Assembly (NCBI GenBank): GCA_965216875.1
Contig: OZ244207.1
Coordinates: forward strand, 1,472,001-1,536,000
Direction: 5' to 3'
Length of the DNA stretch: 64,000 nucleotides
DNA from: Rubripirellula sp.
Lineage (GTDB): Bacteria; Planctomycetota; Planctomycetia; Pirellulales; Pirellulaceae
Shown: positions 27,083-36,370 of the stretch, piece by piece
Numbering within the stretch: the stretch's first letter is position 1
Layout: every line of letters begins with the position of its first letter
Program-made: the position numbers and the translations under genes
The notes under the pieces: generated by a model
Told to the model about the DNA's origin: nothing
The model's input: only the letters and a program-made list of their open reading frames with translations
Database searches by the model: none

Positions 27083-28549
27083 TCAATCGGATTCGTTTTG
27101 GGAACGCGAGTTTGATGCCGATCGCTGGCCACCAACAACCATCTCAATGATCGGCCCAACCGATTCAGGATGCACGTAGCCGGCGAAGAGGTGTGTGTCG
27201 CCCGGGCCTGTCTCAAGCTGCTGGGTCTCGCGGTAGAGAACGAGCGTCACCCGCTTGCCTTGGTTCTCATTCAAGAACCTGAGTAACCTCGGACCAGAGA
27301 TCCCGAAGATACCGCGTTGCTTGCTGCGCGGGATTTCAAACCGTCCCAGCAGTACTCCGTCGTCAATGCTCGGCGCCTCGTCCCAGACGACGCCCGACTT
27401 CCATTGCTGAAGCTTTTCGTCGGCGATTCCGTAGATTCGAAAGTGGCAAGTTTCGGGCAGTCGCAGCGAGAATCCCGCTGTTCCAGGCACCAGGTTCACG
27501 CGGAAGCTTGCCGATTCGATCGGTGCGTCCTCGAAATCGGGAAGGTCAAAGGCGAGTAGCGAGTAGTGATCGAATCGTCCGCCCGGAGCCTTTCTGGCCG
27601 AGAGCATGTTCGACTTCAAAATATTTGAGTGCCATTTTCGGTGGCGGTTTTGATTCTTGAGAACCGACGAAAGGATGTCTGCTTGCAGCCGCACGCGTTG
27701 CTCACGATCGGACGCGCTTGGCACTCGGGTTGGAGATTCGTTTCGCTTGGCCGACCCTGCAAACAACGTGTCGTCTACGATCGTCGCGGCATCACGCTTT
27801 TTTGACAGTCGCAGTTCTTCGCCCGACCCTGGGTGATGAACCGAGATCTCGCCTTCGATCAACTCGAAATCTGATTTCTCTTTTTCAGCATCAACAAGGA
27901 CGGCAAACTTGGTGCCGTAGTCAACGGCATAGCCGTCCGGGGTTTCGATCACAAAGCCGATCGCAGAGTCGGGGACGTCGATCACTGCGGCACCGTGGTT
28001 GATTCGTCCGCGCATCGGATCAATCAGCTCGAGCTGCGCGGGCGCTTCAAGAGAAACCTTCACGCCAGACCGGAACAGGATTGTGGCGACGCCCGCTTTC
28101 AAGGTGAGCGTGCCGGCGGATAGTTCGGACCCGACCGCGGTTGGTAGAGCGCTTTCCCAGGCGGCATCTTCGCGTGAGAGGATCTTGGCGATGACCGGTT
28201 CGGATTCGCCATGCGGCGCCGCATTTCTGGAGACGATCCAAGTCATGCCAATCGCCACCAGGATTCCAGCGGCAAGTGCTGAAAACGCAGCCGCTAGCGC
28301 GGCACTCTTGCGTGTCAGCAGCGTGTTGGTCGCTGCAAGCGTTCGCGCTGCCGATAAATCAGAAACACTTTCGGCCACATCATCGGCGACGGCGACGGAA
28401 AGGAGGCCGTGCAAGGTCGCCTCGCGCGAGAAGAGCTTCCTTGCCTCTTTCGATTGACGCAGCAATTCGTTGAGTTCGTCCGATTCACTGTCGGAGATTT
28501 CGCCATCGCGCCAACGGCTAATCAAGTGTTCAAGGCGTTCGGTGTTCAA
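27083..28549 (-). CDS. FecR-type anti-sigma factor
   Basis: TTG start at 28549 overlaps the sigma stop, with GGAGG upstream. TM helix and GFVIETPDGYAVDYGTKF FecR motif. Confidence 0.82.
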   Translation of the reverse strand: MNTERLEHLISRWRDGEISDSESDELNELLRQSKEARKLFSREATLHGLLSVAVADDVAESVSDLSAARTLAATNTLLTRKSAALAAAFSALAAGILVAIGMTWIVSRNAAPHGESEPVIAKILSREDAAWESALPTAVGSELSAGTLTLKAGVATILFRSGVKVSLEAPAQLELIDPMRGRINHGAAVIDVPDSAIGFVIETPDGYAVDYGTKFAVLVDAEKEKSDFELIEGEISVHHPGSGEELRLSKKRDAATIVDDTLFAGSAKRNESPTRVPSASDREQRVRLQADILSSVLKNQNRHRKWHSNILKSNMLSARKAPGGRFDHYSLLAFDLPDFEDAPIESASFRVNLVPGTAGFSLRLPETCHFRIYGIADEKLQQWKSGVVWDEAPSIDDGVLLGRFEIPRSKQRGIFGISGPRLLRFLNENQGKRVTLVLYRETQQLETGPGDTHLFAGYVHPESVGPIIEMVVGGQRSASNSRSQNESD

Positions 28550-29082
28550 GATGTCCTCCCCAACGATGTTTCCAAGCAATTGCGCAGTGCTTGCCGTGCG
28601 CGCGTGAGGGCAACACGCACGGCATTGACGCTCCATCCTACTTCACTTGCAATTTCCTCAGGCATCTTGGCCGTGTGGTAACGCAGTGAGATCATTTGTT
28701 TCGCTTTGGGTGCGAGCCGGTTGAGGCATCCGCGAAGGGCCGACACCTGCTCTTGAAATCCAGCAAAATCTTCTTCGATGTCGTCGGCCAACAGCTCCGC
28801 AACATCATCGGCCAATTGGAATCGTCGCCTACCGCGATCACGTTGGTAACTCAACGTTGTGTAACGCGCAACGGCAAAGGTCCAGGCCAGAAAGTTGGTG
28901 CCTTGCGTCCAAGTGCAAGCCTTCTGGCTCACCTTCAAGAAGGTTTCTTGAACGATTTCCTCGGCTTCGTTGATTCCCGGTTCAAGTGACAAGACATAGG
29001 CGAGCACCGCCTGGCGGTGTTCGACAAAGAGACGCTGGACTTGCAGCTTGTGATCGTCGAGTGTTTCTTGATCATCGACCAT
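28546..29082 (-). CDS. ECF sigma-70 factor
   Basis: AEEIVQETFL...GTNFLAWTFAVARY and region 4 NAVRVALTRARQALRNCLE. Confidence 0.9.
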   Translation of the reverse strand: MVDDQETLDDHKLQVQRLFVEHRQAVLAYVLSLEPGINEAEEIVQETFLKVSQKACTWTQGTNFLAWTFAVARYTTLSYQRDRGRRRFQLADDVAELLADDIEEDFAGFQEQVSALRGCLNRLAPKAKQMISLRYHTAKMPEEIASEVGWSVNAVRVALTRARQALRNCLETSLGRTS

Positions 29083-29085
29083 GAG

Positions 29086-29256
29086 TCAACCATCGTCTTC
29101 CGAACCAGCATCTTGTATCGATGCTTCGACCGCGGCTTTGAAGTCAGCGATTTCCTTTTCCGTTGCATCATCGAAGGCATGTTTAGGCTTGGGTTTGCCG
29201 CATCCCGCGCAAGCCATCAGCAGAGCGCAACATCCTATCGCAATCCAGTTTTTCAT
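29086..29256 (-). CDS. Small lipoprotein, 56 aa (not in the ORF track)
   Basis: Hand translation: MKNWIAIGCCALLMACAGCGKPKPKHAFDDATEKEIADFKAAVEASIQDAGSEDDG. Lipobox-like CAGC; sits directly downstream of a DUF1559 gene. Confidence 0.7.
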   Translation of the reverse strand: MKNWIAIGCCALLMACAGCGKPKPKHAFDDATEKEIADFKAAVEASIQDAGSEDDG

Positions 29257-29292
29257 TCTTGAATCTCAGTTTTGGGGTGATTCGTACCGGCA

Positions 29293-29318
29293 CACGCGGG
29301 TGCAACGACACCCGCGTG
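29293..29318. terminator. GC-rich hairpin downstream of DUF1559 gene
   Basis: cacgcgggtg-caacga-cacccgcgtg, a perfect 10-bp stem. Confidence 0.45.
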
Positions 29319-29337
29319 CCCTTGAGTGCCGGCCGGT

Positions 29338-30513
29338 CTAGAGGGATTCTTGGATCGTTTCTTTGTTCGCCTTGGTGCCAAGGGAACCCCAAAGTCCATA
29401 CGGGCTTTGCCGACCAGGTGCCTGTAGCCCAGTGCCGCCCAGCCAAACCATGCCGGCCGTTGAATCGCCCGCCTCGATCGAATCGGTGATGAAGACCACT
29501 GCGCCGTCGCTCATCAAAATGTGGCAACCTCCCATATGGCGGCTCGAAGGCGGAACGACTTGGACCAGCCTCGTGTTGTTGTGACTGCACACGGTTTGGT
29601 TGGGGGGTAGGATCGTGTTCATGCCGGTGTACATCGCCGAATGGAATGCCCAGCGGTAGCCGCGTCCATCGGCAACGCCCTGCGTCGCTTGGCCAGGCAT
29701 CCAAAAAAGTGGACGTTCTGGATCAACCAGTGGCATGCAAAGTGATGGGTTATCCCGCAACTCCTCACGGCTGAATCCCGGACGCCGGGCGACGATGGTT
29801 CGTTTGTCGCGGTCGCCCAAGTCGGTCGCGATCTCGCCCATCATGATCGTGTTGGAAAGACCGTCGAGAATGTCCCGGAACTTGGTCTCGGTGTAAGTCA
29901 CAAACGCGCCGCGGCTTGCTGCGCGCGACTCGGGTTGGCGAGGAAACGGATGCGCGTTCACACGTCCGCCATTGGTCGGGCCATCGGCAAGGCGATCGCC
30001 CGAGTCAACGGTGCAAGCGGCGTAGTTGGTCCGCGCGAACGCCGGTAACCCCTGGCCTGGATCACTGGGGCAACGCAGCGTCGGAATCTCAGTGAGCCAA
30101 GGGCGATAGTCGGTGTTTTGAAGTGACGGGCCCATGGCGGGAAAGTCAATCGTGCCGTCGGAGTCAAAATCGTTCGGGTTGGAGACCTGTTCCCAAACCG
30201 CTTGTTGCTCATAGAAGGGCGATAGCGGAACCAGCATCGACAGCTGCAACATGTTGCCGTTGGGCGTGACGTTGAACGAGCGACGAAACGCCGTGTCGCT
30301 GGTGCCGCCGCCGTGCTGGGGAAGCTGTTTGTATGCCGAATGATAGTTGTGAATCGCCAACCCAAGTTGCTTGAAGTTGTTGCTGCAGCTCATCCGTCGC
30401 GCGGCTTCGCGTGCTGCCTGGACTGCTGGCAAGAGCAAGCCGACCAAAACTCCAATGATTGCGATCACCACGAGCAATTCGACCAGGGTGAATCCCTTTT
30501 GCGATTTCCTCAT
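29338..30513 (-). CDS. DUF1559 prepilin-type (PulG-like) protein
   Basis: GFTLVELLVVIAIIGVLVGLLLPAVQAAREAARRMSCSNN, DGLSNT and the H-X9-DG motif SRHMGGCHILMSDG. Confidence 0.95.
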   Translation of the reverse strand: MRKSQKGFTLVELLVVIAIIGVLVGLLLPAVQAAREAARRMSCSNNFKQLGLAIHNYHSAYKQLPQHGGGTSDTAFRRSFNVTPNGNMLQLSMLVPLSPFYEQQAVWEQVSNPNDFDSDGTIDFPAMGPSLQNTDYRPWLTEIPTLRCPSDPGQGLPAFARTNYAACTVDSGDRLADGPTNGGRVNAHPFPRQPESRAASRGAFVTYTETKFRDILDGLSNTIMMGEIATDLGDRDKRTIVARRPGFSREELRDNPSLCMPLVDPERPLFWMPGQATQGVADGRGYRWAFHSAMYTGMNTILPPNQTVCSHNNTRLVQVVPPSSRHMGGCHILMSDGAVVFITDSIEAGDSTAGMVWLGGTGLQAPGRQSPYGLWGSLGTKANKETIQESL

Positions 30514-30788
30514 CAATGTGCCTTTTAGAATGCAGGAAAAGAAAAAACTCGGCCTACAAATCCAAAAAGGGGAGGGTGGCTTCGGTCCGCCATGGAACGT
30601 TTGCACACTCACCACGAGAATCACGAATCTGGTGGCCGCTGAGTGTTATTCCGCAGACACTTCGAGAATTAGCAACGACCTCGCGATTTTTTTGCCGCCG
30701 GCCCTGCGCTCGATTCACGATTTCGCGATTCACCGTTTCGCGACGTCGCTGCGTTTCGGCAGCGGCGTTCAGACGTCAAATGTGTGAC

Positions 30789-30995
30789 TCACTCCTCTTC
30801 AAAGACGATGATGTCACCCGGTTGGCACTCCAGGATTCGGCACAGTGCATCGAGCGTCGAAAAGCGAACCGCTTTCGCCTTGCCGGTCTTGAGAATGGAA
30901 AGGTTGGCCAGCGTGATGCCAACTTCGTCAGCCAATTCGGTCAACGAGATCTCGTTCTCTTTCATCACCTCGGCGAGGTTGATTTTGATGGTCAT
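30789..30995 (-). CDS. Cro/C1-type (YozG-like) HTH regulator
   Basis: LTELADEVGITLANLSILKTGKAKAVRFSTLDALCRILECQPGDI. Confidence 0.9.
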   Translation of the reverse strand: MTIKINLAEVMKENEISLTELADEVGITLANLSILKTGKAKAVRFSTLDALCRILECQPGDIIVFEEE

Positions 30996-31003
30996 CTGTG
31001 CCC

Positions 31004-31645
31004 CTATACCGTCAATGCCTGTTCTTCACGCAGGATCGCGCCGTGCCGAAAAACTTCCGACAGGACGATCACCGTGCAACCGACAATCAACAATCCCCAG
31101 CTGACTTCGATGCGACCGTTGAGATCGAATCCGGCTGGCTTGACCATCGTGTCGGCATACCCTGACATCGCCAGACGCCCGATCGATTCGAGAATCACGT
31201 AGGCCACAATCAAGCCGCCGATGATTCTTGCTCGCCGCGCGTTTTCGGCATCAAACGGATTCCCTTGATCGACGGTGCGGACAATGTCACGCAGCTGTTT
31301 GACGAAATAGAGGTTGGCCAGAAAGAAGGGAATCACGAGCAAGACTGAAATGACTTTGTGTCCCGCCTTCAATTGCCGGTCTCCCTCCTCGTTGGGCAGC
31401 AAGAGCTTGAGACGAACCGGATCCTCAAACTCAACCTTCAGCTCCGTTCCATGTCGGTCGACTGCCGACAGCGACTCGGTGCTCACGCCGCTCGCATAGC
31501 CGGTCATGGCAAAATCAACATCGGTCGGCTCGGCAGCCGCCAAAAAGACCAGGGTGGCAATCCCGCCAACGATCAGACCCCACCACCAAATCGCCAGAAA
31601 CCCCTTCAGCGCCAACAGCGATACAGGTTTTTCGGTCGTTTCCAT
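31004..31645 (-). CDS. DUF2975 membrane protein
   Basis: Several TM helices, GNPFDAENARR, and C-terminal LSEVFRHGAILREEQALTV. Usual partner of YozG-like HTH genes. Confidence 0.88.
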   Translation of the reverse strand: METTEKPVSLLALKGFLAIWWWGLIVGGIATLVFLAAAEPTDVDFAMTGYASGVSTESLSAVDRHGTELKVEFEDPVRLKLLLPNEEGDRQLKAGHKVISVLLVIPFFLANLYFVKQLRDIVRTVDQGNPFDAENARRARIIGGLIVAYVILESIGRLAMSGYADTMVKPAGFDLNGRIEVSWGLLIVGCTVIVLSEVFRHGAILREEQALTV

Positions 31646-31676
31646 TAGTTGCTCCCGCGAATCACAAAAGTACGAT

Positions 31677-31741
31677 TTATCGTTTTTCAATAAACACCCT
31701 GTCGCCCAGGTGGTCAAGCTGAATTTATCGTTTTTCGATAA
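31677..31741. promoter_or_regulatory. Two operator-like palindromes TTATCG-N5-C(G/A)ATAA
   Basis: 31677-31693 TTATCGTTTTTCAATAA and 31725-31741 TTATCGTTTTTCGATAA, upstream of the DUF2975-HTH operon. Confidence 0.7.
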
Positions 31742-31752
31742 TTTGTCTCTTG

Positions 31753-31815
31753 GTTCGTAGTCCCGCCTTTAGGCGGAAGAGCCAACAGAATCCGGCTAAA
31801 GCCGGTACTACGAAC
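31753..31815. repeat. REP element (GTAGTCCCGCC family)
   Basis: gttcgtagtcccgcctttaggcgga...tccggctaaagccggtactacgaac. Related copy at 22192-22254. Confidence 0.8.
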
Positions 31816-31899
31816 GATCCACATTGGCACGTTCGGCTCACGGGCGTGGATGCAGAGCCAGTGGCGACAATAAAAAGATCACAACCTAGAATCTTGCGC

Positions 31900-32703
31900 A
31901 TGCCACGTCGTTCTCCTCCAACAACCGATCCACGCTCTGGTCGTAGCGAGCAACAGGAAGCGTTTTTTGCGCGGATGGTGCCGGGCTCGTTCACGGCGCT
32001 GTTCGCCGGCCTCGAAGGTGTCACCTTTTTTATTAAGGACGACGAAGGTCGGTTCATGGGCTTCAGTCCCAGTCTCCGGCAGGGGCTCGACTTCGGATTG
32101 GAGCAAGACATTCTTGGCCTAACCGATCGTGACCTCTATCCGGTGAGCGTGGCGAAACGCGTGATCGCCGATGACAAGCAGGTGATGGAGTCACGCCAGC
32201 CGTTGCTCAATATCGTTGAGTTATTGGTCAACCCAACGCACAATGCGATCGGCTGGTACGTTACCAACAAGTTTCCAGTCGTTGATCAGGACGACAAGGT
32301 GATCGGGATCATGGGCACTGTTCAGCACTACGAGGGAAGGCGACGTCGGTTACTGGCTGGCACTCGACTTGATGAAGTGGTCGAGCGTATTCGGCGCAAC
32401 CCCGAAGCGCGGCACAAAGTGGATGACCTTGCTCGGCTTGCTGCGATGTCGCCACGCCAACTTGGGCGGCATTTTCAATCGGTCCTCGGAATGTCACCGC
32501 GTGATTTCATGATGCTTTGTCGCATGCAAACCGCTTGCGAATTGCTCATTCAGCCGGAGAGTTCGATTTGTGACATCGCGTTGGCAACAGGCTTCTGTGA
32601 CCAAAGTGCTTTCGCCCACCAATTTCGCCGCAGCATTGGGATGGCTCCGCTCGAATACCGAAGGCGCTACCAAAACGCCGCCAACGCGCAAATCGGTCGT
32701 TAG
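31900..32703 (+). CDS. AraC family regulator with N-terminal PAS domain
   Basis: PAS-like FFIKDDEGRF...DDKQVMESRQP and AraC HTH IALATGFCDQSAFAHQFRRSIGMAPLEYR. Confidence 0.9.
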   Translation: MPRRSPPTTDPRSGRSEQQEAFFARMVPGSFTALFAGLEGVTFFIKDDEGRFMGFSPSLRQGLDFGLEQDILGLTDRDLYPVSVAKRVIADDKQVMESRQPLLNIVELLVNPTHNAIGWYVTNKFPVVDQDDKVIGIMGTVQHYEGRRRRLLAGTRLDEVVERIRRNPEARHKVDDLARLAAMSPRQLGRHFQSVLGMSPRDFMMLCRMQTACELLIQPESSICDIALATGFCDQSAFAHQFRRSIGMAPLEYRRRYQNAANAQIGR

Positions 32704-32937
32704 TGCCACAACCACTCATCAGTCTTCGTGAGCCTCACGGCCGGCGGCTCACGGCCATTGCCTGAGTTGCACAAGAAAACGCGAGGAGTAAAGAGGTGTG
32801 TCCGAAAGTTGCCCAAAACTGTCGGATACCTTCAAGATTTTGCGTCTTTTCTCGAGTAGCCTTGTCCCAATCGCACAAAACGCGATTCCCACCACGGCTC
32901 TGCTGTCACTGCTACTCCCTCTCTCCGAAAGCGAAGA

Positions 32938-34191
32938 ATGAAGACCGACGTCCGGCAACTTGAAACCGTCACCACAAACGTCAAAGGGATCGCCGAATCA
33001 GCACTCGAGGCTGGCGGCGGACTTTTGCGTCTCGCGCCGAACTGGGTTCCACGGTCTTTTCTTCAGCCCGGCCTGCGTCTGAAACTCCACCCCGACGATA
33101 CCTATGCGTTTGGTCTCGATCGAGGTGGGATCGATGAGCGCTGGTTTGGCTCGACAACCGAGGCGGCCAACGAAGGTCGCGTTCATGACGAGGGCCTTTC
33201 CTACTGCGTTCATGATGGTCAGCAATTCCTTCTTCGCGATGTCGTGTCCGAACTGCAGGGAACCATCATTGGTGATTCGATTTGGGACACCTACGGCAAG
33301 TGGCCCGTCTACTCGAAGTTCTTTGACAACATGGGGCCGATTCCTCATCACATGCACCAGAACGCCGAACAGGCCGCGTTGGTTGGTCAAGAAGGAAAGC
33401 CCGAGTCGTATTACTTTCCACCGCAGCACAACAACGTTGGCAACAATTTTCCGTACACGTTCATGGGACTCGAGCCGGGTACCACACGCGCCCAGTTGCG
33501 ACGTTGCATCGAGGACTGGAACAAGGGTGACAACGGGATTCGCTATTTGACGCGCGCCTACATGCTCAAGCCGGGAACCGGTTGGTTGATCCCACCCTGT
33601 GTGTTGCACGCACCGGGTTCACTTTGCACCTATGAACCGCAATGGGGCAGCGATGTCTTTGGGATGTATCAAAACCTTGTCGAGGGCCGCGAAGTTCCTT
33701 GGTCGTTGCTCGTTAAAGACATGCCTGAGGAGAAACACCAGGATATCGATTTCATCATCGACCAACTTGATTGGGAGCGGAACCTCGACCCGAACTTTAA
33801 AGACAATCACTACCTTGAACCGATCGTCGACACCGAAGACGACGCTCATGCGGATCGCTGGATTGTCTACGGTCGCATTGAATCACGCCAATACTTCTCG
33901 GCCAAAGAGTTGACCGTTCGCCCCGGCGGCTCCGTGACGATTCACGACAAGGGTGCAAGCTCGATCATCGTGACCCAAGGCAAAGGGCGAATCAACGACA
34001 TGGTGTTGACTTGCCCGCGCCTGATTCGATTCAACGATTTGACGCAAGACGAAGTCTTCGTGACCGCGGCTGCAGCCACGGCTGGTGTGACTTATGAAAA
34101 CACATCAGACACCGAAGACCTGGTTTTGCTTCGCTATTTCGGACCCGAGGTTAACCCGAACGCACCCGAAGTGGGAAGCTACGCAAGGTAA
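32938..34191 (+). CDS. Cupin-fold, mannose-6-phosphate-isomerase-like protein
   Basis: Metal-ligand pattern PHHMHQ...KPESYYF...VLHAPG parallels type I PMI QxH/KPE/H. Confidence 0.6.
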   Translation: MKTDVRQLETVTTNVKGIAESALEAGGGLLRLAPNWVPRSFLQPGLRLKLHPDDTYAFGLDRGGIDERWFGSTTEAANEGRVHDEGLSYCVHDGQQFLLRDVVSELQGTIIGDSIWDTYGKWPVYSKFFDNMGPIPHHMHQNAEQAALVGQEGKPESYYFPPQHNNVGNNFPYTFMGLEPGTTRAQLRRCIEDWNKGDNGIRYLTRAYMLKPGTGWLIPPCVLHAPGSLCTYEPQWGSDVFGMYQNLVEGREVPWSLLVKDMPEEKHQDIDFIIDQLDWERNLDPNFKDNHYLEPIVDTEDDAHADRWIVYGRIESRQYFSAKELTVRPGGSVTIHDKGASSIIVTQGKGRINDMVLTCPRLIRFNDLTQDEVFVTAAAATAGVTYENTSDTEDLVLLRYFGPEVNPNAPEVGSYAR

Positions 34192-34287
34192 CGACCCTCG
34201 TCGCCCGGCGCTCCGTTGAAAGTCGCGTTTCCGGCAACACTGTCGCTCGTGCGATCGTAGCGGACACTCACGAGAAGGCATGCTGAC

Positions 34288-34313
34288 GCTACTTTCGCGG
34301 AGCGAAAGGCGAC
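34288..34313. repeat. REP-like hairpin gctactttcgcggagcgaaaggcgac
   Basis: Identical 26-mer at 59863-59888. Confidence 0.75.
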
Positions 34314-34366
34314 GTTCACAACCTCGGAACGAAGGGCGACATCATTGCTACGAAGGAGATAGGAAG

Positions 34367-36256
34367 ATGATCCGTTTGGGCTTTCTCGCAATCGTTGCCT
34401 TTGTGTCTGTTCTCGGAGCGACCGAGAGCTTTGCGGAACCCGATACGCTGCCGCCGATCGAGAAAGCTCCCTCGAGCTATACCGAGCTATGGGCTGGCTT
34501 TGATCCGCGCGCTGAGCCACTTGAAACCGAAGTGCTTGGGCAGTGGGAAGAAGACGGCGTCGTCTTGAGAGTGGTGCGGTTTCGCATCGGCGTGTTCAAA
34601 GGGCAAAAGGCGACGCTTGCGGGCGTCTATGGCCATCCGAAAGATGGCACGCGACTTCCCGGGTTGTTGCAAATCCATGGGGGTGGCCAATACGCCGACG
34701 CGAAGGCTTGCCTTCTGAATGCCAAACGTGGCTACGCAACTTTGTCGATCGCCTGGGCTGGCCGCATCAGTTCCTCGAAGTATCGGCTTGGTCCCAACGA
34801 AGTGAAGTTGTTTTGGGAAGGTGATCGCGACAATCCCAACTATCGGGCGACGACGGATTGGGGCGCCGTCGATGGTTATCACGCTCCGTCACGCAACCCA
34901 GGAAACGTCTTCCCAAGTGCGAAGGCGGCGCCGTGGACGATCGACGAAATTGAATCAGCGCGAAATAGCGGCTGGTTTCTTTGCGCATTGGCCGCGCGCC
35001 GTGCGTTGACTTTCTTGGAACAGCAGCCCGAAGTCGATCGAGATCGACTCGGCGTCTACGGCCATTCGATGGGCGGTAAGTTAACGGTGATGACGGCGCC
35101 CGATCCTCGGGTCAAAGTCGCAGCACCCTCATGCGGTGGGATTAGCGATCGGTACAACGAGAGTGAGATCTTTCGCGCAGGGCTCGGTGATGACGTGAGC
35201 TTGAAGGAGATCACCTGCCCAATCATTTTCTTGAGCCCAGCGAACGATTTTCACGGACGACTGGGCGACCTCCCGAAAGCGATCGCGGAAATTCAAAGCA
35301 GCCAATGGCGCGTCACCTGCTCGCCCCACCACAATCACCAAGACACCGCCGAATACGAGGCGGCAACGATGGTTTGGTTTGATCACTACCTCAAAGGTTC
35401 CGGCGCCATCCCCCAGGCACCCGAACTGACCATCCGTTTCGAGCAGCAGGCCGGCCTCGAGCCGGCTGTCGCGACACCCGTCGCGACGATCAAAATCGAC
35501 GATCGTTTGCCCATCGAATCGGTCGACCTCTTCTACAGCCAAGACGGCAAGGACAACGAGCAGCCGTCCGATCGTGACGACGTGGTTCACCGGTTTTGGC
35601 ATCACGCTTCGGCTACATTGCAAGATGGACGTTGGCAAGGTTCGTTGCCGGACGTGGCGAGTGATCGCCCGCTTTGGGTTTACGCGAATGTCGTTTACGA
35701 ACTTTCCGAACCGGTCTCGGGCGCCGGCTACTATTACCGGCCCTACGTCACCGACACGTTCAACCTTTCGTCACTCCTTGTTTCGATTTCGCCTGACGCA
35801 CTCGAAAAGGCGAAGGTGCAACCGTCAATTGCCGCGACACGATTGATCGATGACTTCGAAGGGGATTGGCGCAAAGAATGGTTCAGCTACCGGCCCGACG
35901 ATTGGGCGCTCACAACAAATAAACCGAACACAATTCCCTTTCGCGCGGGCGACGCGGACGCGTTGGTGTTGGAAACACGATCCGAGCAAGCCAATGCCTT
36001 CGTCGTGGTGTCGGGAGATTTTGCCGCCGAGGTGCAATTGGTAGGTGGCAACGAGTGGCAGCGTGTGAAGCTGTCGGCGGATGACTTTCGGAACATCGAT
36101 GACGAGCCGCTTGGAGATTTAGAATCTGTCAGGCAGGTTAAGTTTTGCGCGAGCCATCGTTTGAGGTCGAAGGGTGGGGGACGCAATGAAACCAAACTTG
36201 TCGGAGGCCAGTGGAATGGGCCTCCACCCGAGTACCGTCAATTGCGATGGGAGTGA
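34367..36256 (+). CDS. Secreted alpha/beta hydrolase (dienelactone hydrolase/acetylxylan esterase-like) with C-terminal beta-rich domain
   Basis: Signal peptide, PGLLQIHGGG, nucleophile elbow GVYGHSMGG, ANDFH and PHHNH. Confidence 0.8.
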   Translation: MIRLGFLAIVAFVSVLGATESFAEPDTLPPIEKAPSSYTELWAGFDPRAEPLETEVLGQWEEDGVVLRVVRFRIGVFKGQKATLAGVYGHPKDGTRLPGLLQIHGGGQYADAKACLLNAKRGYATLSIAWAGRISSSKYRLGPNEVKLFWEGDRDNPNYRATTDWGAVDGYHAPSRNPGNVFPSAKAAPWTIDEIESARNSGWFLCALAARRALTFLEQQPEVDRDRLGVYGHSMGGKLTVMTAPDPRVKVAAPSCGGISDRYNESEIFRAGLGDDVSLKEITCPIIFLSPANDFHGRLGDLPKAIAEIQSSQWRVTCSPHHNHQDTAEYEAATMVWFDHYLKGSGAIPQAPELTIRFEQQAGLEPAVATPVATIKIDDRLPIESVDLFYSQDGKDNEQPSDRDDVVHRFWHHASATLQDGRWQGSLPDVASDRPLWVYANVVYELSEPVSGAGYYYRPYVTDTFNLSSLLVSISPDALEKAKVQPSIAATRLIDDFEGDWRKEWFSYRPDDWALTTNKPNTIPFRAGDADALVLETRSEQANAFVVVSGDFAAEVQLVGGNEWQRVKLSADDFRNIDDEPLGDLESVRQVKFCASHRLRSKGGGRNETKLVGGQWNGPPPEYRQLRWE

Positions 36257-36370
36257 GTGGGACTTGACGGTTGCACAACCTCCACCACTCCTATCGCCTT
36301 CGAAGGGAATGCACGACAATCTGAGTCTCTTCAAAGTTCAACGACCTGACTCGGATGGCGCTTCTTGACG

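Noticed and set aside
28550..28636. Longer start for the FecR protein
   Set aside because: It would overlap the sigma gene by about 90 bp. The TTG at 28549 has an RBS and a standard 4-bp overlap.
30514..30788. Riboswitch or ncRNA in this and other long intergenic regions
   Set aside because: Only short hairpins and imperfect repeats are present, with no recognisable consensus. An Rfam/Infernal scan would be needed.
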